64,000 bases of DNA, taken from the NCBI GenBank assembly GCA_963711565.1, contig CAVQEQ010000004.1, positions 1,120,001-1,184,000 on the forward strand. Direction: 5' to 3'. The DNA comes from an uncultured delta proteobacterium. Lineage in GTDB: Bacteria; Desulfobacterota; Binatia; Binatales; Binataceae. Position 1 is the stretch's first letter. The number at the start of each line of letters is the position of its first letter. Of this stretch, positions 57,937-64,000 are shown piece by piece. The notes beneath the pieces are model-generated. The model worked only from the letters and a program-made list of their open reading frames with translations, did no database searches and was not told where the DNA came from. A program made the position numbers and the translations under genes.

Positions 57937-59730
57937 ATGGGTAAAACTGACCAATATTCTCCGCTGCCGCCGTGGACGCGAACTGACTATTGCGGCGCGA
58001 TCCGCGCCAACGACGTGGGGCGCGAGGTTGCGCTGTGGGGATGGGTCCAGACGCGGCGCGATCATGGCGGACTGATCTTTATCGATCTGCGCGACCGCGA
58101 CGGAATCGTGCAGCTTGTGCTGAATCCCGCGCACAGCAGCCAAGCGCACGAGGCGGCCGGCGACGTGCGCTCCGAGTTCTATGTCGCGGTGAAGGGCAAG
58201 GTTGTGCGCCGCGCCGAAGGCACCGTTAACGCCGAGCTGCCGACCGGTGAGATCGAAATTCTGGTCAGCGCATTCGAGACGCTGAGCGGGTCGGCGCCCG
58301 TGCCTTTTCAGATTGCCGACGGCGACGCGACTGCCGAGGAAATCCGGCTCAAGTATCGATACCTCGATTTGCGCCGTCCCGAGATGCAGCGCAATCTGCG
58401 CCGGCGCCATCAGGCGTTGCAGGCGGTGCGCAGCCATCTCGATCAGAACGGGTTCATCGATGTCGAGACGCCGATCCTTTTCAAATCGACACCCGAGGGC
58501 GCGCGCGACTATCTCGTGCCGAGCCGCGTCAATCCCGGAAAATTCTACGCGCTGCCGCAATCGCCGCAGTTGTTGAAGCAGATACTGATGATCGGCGGAT
58601 TCGATCGCTACTATCAAATTGCGCGATGCTTCCGCGACGAGGATTTGCGCGCGAATCGCCAGCCCGAATTCAGCCAGATCGATATCGAGATGACGTGCCC
58701 GCGGCCCGAAGACATCCAGTCGATCGCCGAAGGGATGATCGCGTCGGTTTATCGCAGTGTGCTCGACATCAACGTCAAGCCGCCGTTTCCGCGGATGCAG
58801 TATGCCGAGGCGATGGAGCGGTTCGGCGTGGACAAGCCCGACACGCGCTTTGCGATGGAGCTGAAGAATCTCACGGCCGCATTCGTGGGCACCTCGTTCA
58901 AGGTGTTCGCGGAAATTCTCGCGCGCGGCGAGTCCGTCTATGGAATCAACGTCACGGGCGATCACGCGCTGAGCCGCCGCGAACTCGATGAGCTTACCGA
59001 GTCGGTGAAATCGCGCTATGCGATGGGGTTGGCGTGGATAAAAGCAGGCGAGGGCGGTTGGCAGGGACCGATCGCAAAATATTTGAGCGACGGCGAAAGA
59101 GCCGCGGCCACTGCGGCCGCTGAATTGAAAACGGGCGATACGCTGTTGATGGTCGCGGGACCGCCGGATAAGGTGCGCCCGGTTCTCGGCGATATCCGCT
59201 TGCAGCTCGCCGCGAAATTCGGCCTCGACAAATCCGACGAGCTCAAATTTTTGTGGGTCGTCGATTTCCCGCTGTTCGATTACAGCGCCGACGACAAGCG
59301 CATGGTCTCGGTGAACCATCCGTTCACCGCGCCGAATCCCGACGATCTCGCGATGCTCGAGTCGGCGCCGCTCAAGGCGCGCGCGCTCGCCTACGATATG
59401 GTGCTCAACGGCCAGGAGCTCGGTGGCGGCTCGATTCGTATCCATAGCCGCGAGCTTCAATTGAAGGTATTTGAGTTGTTGGGGCTGACGCGCGAGGAAG
59501 CGATCGACCGCTTCGGCTTTTTGCTCGACGCGCTCAAGTACGGCGCGCCGCCCCATGGCGGAATCGCTTTTGGAGTCGATCGGATTTGCATGATGCTGTG
59601 CGGCACCGATTCGTTGCGCGACGTGATCGCGTTCCCCAAGACGCAGAAGGCGGTCGATCCGATGAGCGGCGCGCCGTCGGAGGTCGATCCGCGCCAGCTC
59701 AAGGAACTGTCGATCAAGGTGACCTCATGA
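57937..59730 (+). CDS. aspS: Aspartate--tRNA ligase (probably non-discriminating Asp/Asn)
   Basis: RRDHGGLIFIDLRD, RLKYRYLDLRR, STPEGARDY, PQSPQ, CFRDEDLR, GGGSIRIH, GAPPHGGIAFG.DR. Confidence 0.97.
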   Translation: MGKTDQYSPLPPWTRTDYCGAIRANDVGREVALWGWVQTRRDHGGLIFIDLRDRDGIVQLVLNPAHSSQAHEAAGDVRSEFYVAVKGKVVRRAEGTVNAELPTGEIEILVSAFETLSGSAPVPFQIADGDATAEEIRLKYRYLDLRRPEMQRNLRRRHQALQAVRSHLDQNGFIDVETPILFKSTPEGARDYLVPSRVNPGKFYALPQSPQLLKQILMIGGFDRYYQIARCFRDEDLRANRQPEFSQIDIEMTCPRPEDIQSIAEGMIASVYRSVLDINVKPPFPRMQYAEAMERFGVDKPDTRFAMELKNLTAAFVGTSFKVFAEILARGESVYGINVTGDHALSRRELDELTESVKSRYAMGLAWIKAGEGGWQGPIAKYLSDGERAAATAAAELKTGDTLLMVAGPPDKVRPVLGDIRLQLAAKFGLDKSDELKFLWVVDFPLFDYSADDKRMVSVNHPFTAPNPDDLAMLESAPLKARALAYDMVLNGQELGGGSIRIHSRELQLKVFELLGLTREEAIDRFGFLLDALKYGAPPHGGIAFGVDRICMMLCGTDSLRDVIAFPKTQKAVDPMSGAPSEVDPRQLKELSIKVTS

Positions 59731-60518
59731 AAGCGCGCCTGGCTACCGCGTCGGCCAGGATGGTTCTCGTGGCGGCGTCGCTGTGGCTCGCGAGCGGATG
59801 CACGACGATGGCGGCGGACGTGGTCGATTCCACCACCGGGGCGGTGAGCGACGCGATCAATCAGCGCGACGTGAAGTCGCATGCGGTGCGCTCGATCAAA
59901 ACCATCGAGATCAATCGCGTCGCCGTGATGCCGCTGGTGGAGGATCCCGGGACTGGCGAACTGCTGGCTCCAGGAGCCGCCGAGGCGATCAGCGCCGAGC
60001 TTTACAGCCAGGTCGCCGTGGCCGGTGGATGGGACCCGATCGCGACGCAGGATGTTGACGATGCGATGCAGAAGATGCCGCCGACCACGCCGGGGAACCT
60101 CGACGCGAACGCGCTAAGGCTGGGTCATGACGTCTCGGCCGACGGCGTAATCTACGGCACGGTCGAAAAATATCAGGAGCGCGTCGGCATGGATTATTCG
60201 GCGGCGAGCCCGGCTTCGGTGGCGTTCTCGCTCAAGTTCGTCGATATGAAGAGTCAGCAAATCGTCTGGACGGCGAAGTTCGCCAAGTCGCAGGCGGCGC
60301 TCAGCCAAAATCTTTTCGATCTCGCTAATTTCGTGCAGCGTTCCGGACGCTGGGTGCGCGCCCACGAAATTGCGCAAGAAGGCGCGAAGGAGGCGGTCGC
60401 CGATCTTCACGGCGATCTCAACCTGTCGCAAAACGTTAAGCGTTTTGAAACCGGCAGCTACGGCCAACTCAAGTCCGGACAGCAGCGCTACAACACCGGC
60501 CCGAACGGCATGTACTAG
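59727..60518 (+). CDS. Lipoprotein, DUF799/GNA1162/CsgG-like fold
   Basis: ATGA overlap with aspS; ASGC lipobox; RVAVMP, LG....ADGVIYG.V, V.F....VD.....IVW. Confidence 0.7.
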   Translation: MKARLATASARMVLVAASLWLASGCTTMAADVVDSTTGAVSDAINQRDVKSHAVRSIKTIEINRVAVMPLVEDPGTGELLAPGAAEAISAELYSQVAVAGGWDPIATQDVDDAMQKMPPTTPGNLDANALRLGHDVSADGVIYGTVEKYQERVGMDYSAASPASVAFSLKFVDMKSQQIVWTAKFAKSQAALSQNLFDLANFVQRSGRWVRAHEIAQEGAKEAVADLHGDLNLSQNVKRFETGSYGQLKSGQQRYNTGPNGMY

Positions 60519-60523
60519 AGGGG

Positions 60524-61567
60524 TCAGGCCCCTCGCTCGACTGGGAGGTTTGCGTCCTTCCATTCGAGCATGCCGCCTTTCAGGTTCCAGACGTGTTCGA
60601 AGCCGAGGCCGGTCAGGATTGCTGCGGCGGTGGCGCTTCTCATTCCGACTCTACATATCGTTACTATGTCGAGACTCTTCGCGTTTGCCAGATCGGCGGT
60701 TCGTTCGGGCAGCTCCTTCAGCGGGATCAAGCGCGCGCCGGCGATGTGGCCGAGCTCGCCGCGGTACTCATCCTCTTCGCGAACGTCGATTAGCATCGGC
60801 GGCTTGGCGCTTGCGAGGCGGTCGCGCAGTTCCGCGGCGCTCAACTGACGCACATGGTTGAGTTGCGAGAGCGTCGGGAACTTGAGCGTGCCCGCGTCGA
60901 GATCGGCTTCGTTCGGTTGCAACGATTCCTGAATGCCGTCGGGCAGCGGCAGGCCGAGGTTGTTCATCAAGTTGATGTAGTCGTCGCGCGTTTTGCCCGC
61001 CAGCCGCGGGTTTGAACGCTTCTCGTCGCCAATCGTCGATTGCGTATGTCCGCGATAATCGTGCGCCGGGAAAACCAGGATTTCGTCGGGCAGCGTGAAC
61101 AGCTTGCGCGTTATCGAATCGTACTGAATGCCGGCGTCGCCGCCCGCGAAATCGGCGCGTCCGGTGCCATGGATGAAAAGCACATCGCCGGTGAAAACGC
61201 GATCTTTTGCGAGGATGCTAATCGAATCCGGTGTGTGGCCGGGGGTGTAGAGGACGCGAAGCTCCTCGTCGCCCAGCTTCAGCACCTGGCCGTCTTCGAC
61301 GTGAATAGTGACGTGCGGTGCCGGCGCCAGACGATGCATCGCGACGGGCGCATCGGCCAGCGCGCCCAACTCCATCGCTCCGCTGCGATGATCGGCATGC
61401 GTGTGGGTGTCGATGATCAAGTCGAGGCGTAGTCCGTGATAGGCGAGGACCGCGAGGTAGCGCTCGACCTTGTCGCGCAGAGGGTCGATGACCGCGGCCT
61501 TGCGGGTCGCTTCCGAGATAGCCAGATAAGTCTTGCACTTGCCGTGATTTAGTTCGCGAAAGATCAT
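60524..61567 (-). CDS. Persulfide dioxygenase (ETHE1-like MBL)-rhodanese fusion
   Basis: DTHTHADH, TPGHT, TGD, GR.DF, P.HDY, STI..E...NPRL; C-terminal DVRE..E and CRVGMRS. Confidence 0.9.
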   Translation of the reverse strand: MIFRELNHGKCKTYLAISEATRKAAVIDPLRDKVERYLAVLAYHGLRLDLIIDTHTHADHRSGAMELGALADAPVAMHRLAPAPHVTIHVEDGQVLKLGDEELRVLYTPGHTPDSISILAKDRVFTGDVLFIHGTGRADFAGGDAGIQYDSITRKLFTLPDEILVFPAHDYRGHTQSTIGDEKRSNPRLAGKTRDDYINLMNNLGLPLPDGIQESLQPNEADLDAGTLKFPTLSQLNHVRQLSAAELRDRLASAKPPMLIDVREEDEYRGELGHIAGARLIPLKELPERTADLANAKSLDIVTICRVGMRSATAAAILTGLGFEHVWNLKGGMLEWKDANLPVERGA

Positions 61568-61595
61568 TTTAGTCTTTACCTTTTCGCTAATCTGG

Positions 61596-62843
61596 CTATT
61601 TTGTACGGTCGCGGAGTTGGCGGGCGGCGCCGGCGAAGAAGTTACGCGCGATGAACGATCGCTCACTTGCGGCCATCGCTTCAAGGATCTCGGCGTTCAA
61701 CGTGATCGCCTCAGTGTCTGACGAGTTCGCATTCAGCGCGATCTCCGCTATGGCGAGTGCGCGCTTGAGTTGGCCTGAGTCTTTGAGGGTGCGCGCCCTT
61801 TCGAGGATCGCCTGCCGTCCGCACAACGCCATGATGTCGCTGCCGTGGTCCTTGCGCGTCGCGGGAAACATTTGCGACGGCTCGCCCGACCACCATCCGG
61901 CGTAGCGGCGGATCACGTCGCGTACGACGAACGGGACGCATCCGTAAATCGGCCGCAGGTAGGGTTTCGCGGCGAGGTCGGCCGGAATCGAAATGCCCGC
62001 CTCGACGATATCAACCGGCCATTCGCCGGCGTTGAGGCGTCGCACTACTTCGTCGTGAATGATGCGGAGCGCGCGCGCCGTCTCGCGCAGCACTTCGACG
62101 CATAGTTCTTCGCCGCGATAGGCGGGGCCGTGGCCCGGCAGGATGTAGCGCGGCGCGAGCTTCGCGATTGCCTCGAGCGTCTCCGCCCATTCGAGCGTGT
62201 AACGCTGCACCTTGTTGGGATTGCCCGTGTTCGGCATCGACGAGACGATCAAGTCACCGACCATTGCGAGCCGCCGCGTCGGCATCCAGAGCCAGGTCGC
62301 GTCGTCCGTCTCGCCCATCCCATGATGCAGCTCGACCGGCTCGCCGACGAGGTCGAGAAATTGCTGGTCGCGATAAACCAGGTCGGGGTAGCTGAACGAT
62401 TTGGGCTCGAACAGGCCGTCGGTCGCGAACGCGCCGCCGAACTGGAGCCGATTGATATGCGACTGCCATCCGCGCGTGAGTGCGTAACGCTTGAAGCGGC
62501 CAGCGACGTCCTCGTGCGCCCAGATTTTCGGTCGCGCATGCCCGCGCGTGAGCGCGTCGGCGATGAACGCTTCGGTGCCGAAGGCATGATCACCATGGCC
62601 GTGCGTGTAGATGAGAAACGCGAACGGCTCGTCGCTGACCTCGCGAATCGCGCGCACCGCCATCGCGCCCATCAGCCGCGAGCTGGTATCGACAACGATC
62701 ATCTCGCCGCGCCCGTACGCGAACGCGACGTTGGCGAAGCCGTGGAACATCGCGATGCCCGACTCGAGTACTTCGAGCTGCCCCATCATCGGGTCGAAGC
62801 CGGGCAGGTTGTTCGATCGGTTGGGGTTGGCCGTTGAACTCAT
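61596..62843 (-). CDS. Alkyl sulfatase-like metallo-beta-lactamase fold hydrolase
   Basis: YTHGHGDH, GETDD, PN.GNP.KVQRY, PGHG, YL.P.Y, YAGWW.G dimerisation region. Confidence 0.85.
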   Translation of the reverse strand: MSSTANPNRSNNLPGFDPMMGQLEVLESGIAMFHGFANVAFAYGRGEMIVVDTSSRLMGAMAVRAIREVSDEPFAFLIYTHGHGDHAFGTEAFIADALTRGHARPKIWAHEDVAGRFKRYALTRGWQSHINRLQFGGAFATDGLFEPKSFSYPDLVYRDQQFLDLVGEPVELHHGMGETDDATWLWMPTRRLAMVGDLIVSSMPNTGNPNKVQRYTLEWAETLEAIAKLAPRYILPGHGPAYRGEELCVEVLRETARALRIIHDEVVRRLNAGEWPVDIVEAGISIPADLAAKPYLRPIYGCVPFVVRDVIRRYAGWWSGEPSQMFPATRKDHGSDIMALCGRQAILERARTLKDSGQLKRALAIAEIALNANSSDTEAITLNAEILEAMAASERSFIARNFFAGAARQLRDRTK

Positions 62844-62906
62844 GGTCGCTCTCCTGCGGACGCGGGTCGCTTGGGAAGAATCTATCGTTTAGACTTTGAA
62901 CTTGGA

Positions 62907-64000
62907 ATGAAAGCTGAAGTCATCGCGACGAGCGCGCCGCATAATGAGCTGGAACGCCTGCTGGCGTTCGAGCATCACGATCCTCATTCGATCCTCGGTG
63001 CGCATCTCGACGGCAAACATCTCATCGTCCGCGCGTTTCGCCCCGACGCGACGCGGATCGATCTACTCGTGCCGGGGGACGCGCCGCGCCCGATGCGCAA
63101 GCGCGATCAGGCGGGACTGTTCGAGGTGACGATCGAGGGCCGGGTCTCGATTTTTCCGTATCAGCTCGAGATTCACTTCCCAGACGGCGAGTCGTTGACG
63201 ACTTATGATCCCTACTCGTTCATGCCGACGCTTGGTGACCTCGATCTTCATCTGTGGGGCGAGCAAAAGGACGACCGCGCCTACGACAAGCTCGGCGCGC
63301 ACGTGCGCGAGATGGCGGGCATCCGCGGCGTGTCGTTCGCGGTGTGGGCGCCCAACGCGCGGGGCGTCAGCGTGGTCGGCGACTTCAACCGCTGGGACGG
63401 GCGCGTGCACATGATGCGCACGCTTGGCAGCTCCGGCGTGTGGGAGCTGTTCATCCCCGGCGCCGGCGCGGGCACGAATTACAAGTACGAAATTCGCACG
63501 CGCGACGGTAATCTGCTGCTGAAGAGCGATCCCTTTGCGCAGCGGATGGAAGCGCCGCCGGCGACCGCCTCGATCGTTTACCAATCGAACTACCAGTTCC
63601 ACGACGCGGAATGGCTTGCGGAGCGGGCGCGGCGCGAGTGGATCAAATGCCCCGTCTCGATCTACGAGGTCCATCTCGGCTCGTGGCGACGCGTGCCGGA
63701 GGAGGGTAATCGCCCGCTGACCTATCGCGAGATGGCGCCGATGCTGGGCGACTACGTCACGAGGATGGGCTTCACCCACGTCGAACTGCTGCCCCTGATG
63801 GAGCATCCGTTCACGGGATCGTGGGGCTACCAGGTCAGCGGCTACTTCGCGCCGACCTCGCGCTACGGCAGCCCCGACGATTTGCGCTACCTGATCGACG
63901 AGATGCATCGCCGCGGTATCGGCGTGATCCTCGACTGGGTGCCGGCGCATTTTCCCAAGGACGAATTCAGCCTCGGCCGCTTCGACGGCACCGCGCTGTT
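62907..64000 (+). CDS. glgB: 1,4-alpha-glucan branching enzyme, 5' part (runs off the window; absent from the ORF track)
   Basis: MKAEVIA..HHDPHSILGAH; FAVWAPNARGVSVVGDFNRWDG; IYEVHLGSW; GFTHVELLP..EHPF.GSWGYQ; ILDWVPAHFP. Confidence 0.95.
   Translation, partial: MKAEVIATSAPHNELERLLAFEHHDPHSILGAHLDGKHLIVRAFRPDATRIDLLVPGDAPRPMRKRDQAGLFEVTIEGRVSIFPYQLEIHFPDGESLTTYDPYSFMPTLGDLDLHLWGEQKDDRAYDKLGAHVREMAGIRGVSFAVWAPNARGVSVVGDFNRWDGRVHMMRTLGSSGVWELFIPGAGAGTNYKYEIRTRDGNLLLKSDPFAQRMEAPPATASIVYQSNYQFHDAEWLAERARREWIKCPVSIYEVHLGSWRRVPEEGNRPLTYREMAPMLGDYVTRMGFTHVELLPLMEHPFTGSWGYQVSGYFAPTSRYGSPDDLRYLIDEMHRRGIGVILDWVPAHFPKDEFSLGRFDGTAL

Overview
GC-rich bacterial chromosomal segment. Gene content and operon style suggest a deltaproteobacteria-like lineage such as Ca. 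Binatota (inference). It is mostly housekeeping and catabolic: murA-hisD-hisB-hisA, sppA, a D,D-carboxypeptidase, gshA, gspC, glpK, lptB, suhB, alaC-hom-thrC-apgM-glpX, crotonase/DUF35/thiolase, hisS-aspS, glgB, tRNA-Arg(CCG) and a parS site. At least four families of intergenic palindromic repeats are present. Best candidate for a new system: an AT-richer islet at ~17.4-18.3 kb. It encodes a YjaZ/HtrC-like protein and, convergent to it, an unannotated ~165-nt highly structured RNA with its own near-consensus sigma70 promoter and intrinsic terminator. This mirrors the E. coli yjaZ/SroH arrangement and suggests a conserved protein-RNA (type III TA-like or defence) module. Other highlights: a GrrA/GrrM triceptide RiPP locus with six WxN motifs plus an uncharacterised third gene; three tandem Flp pilins (two missed by the ORF track) behind a ~500-bp hairpin-rich non-coding region; a rod-hairpin/terminator leader before an MFS gene; a frameshifted sppA; and several antitoxin-like genes without toxins. 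All family calls come from motif recognition by eye; no searches or folding were run.
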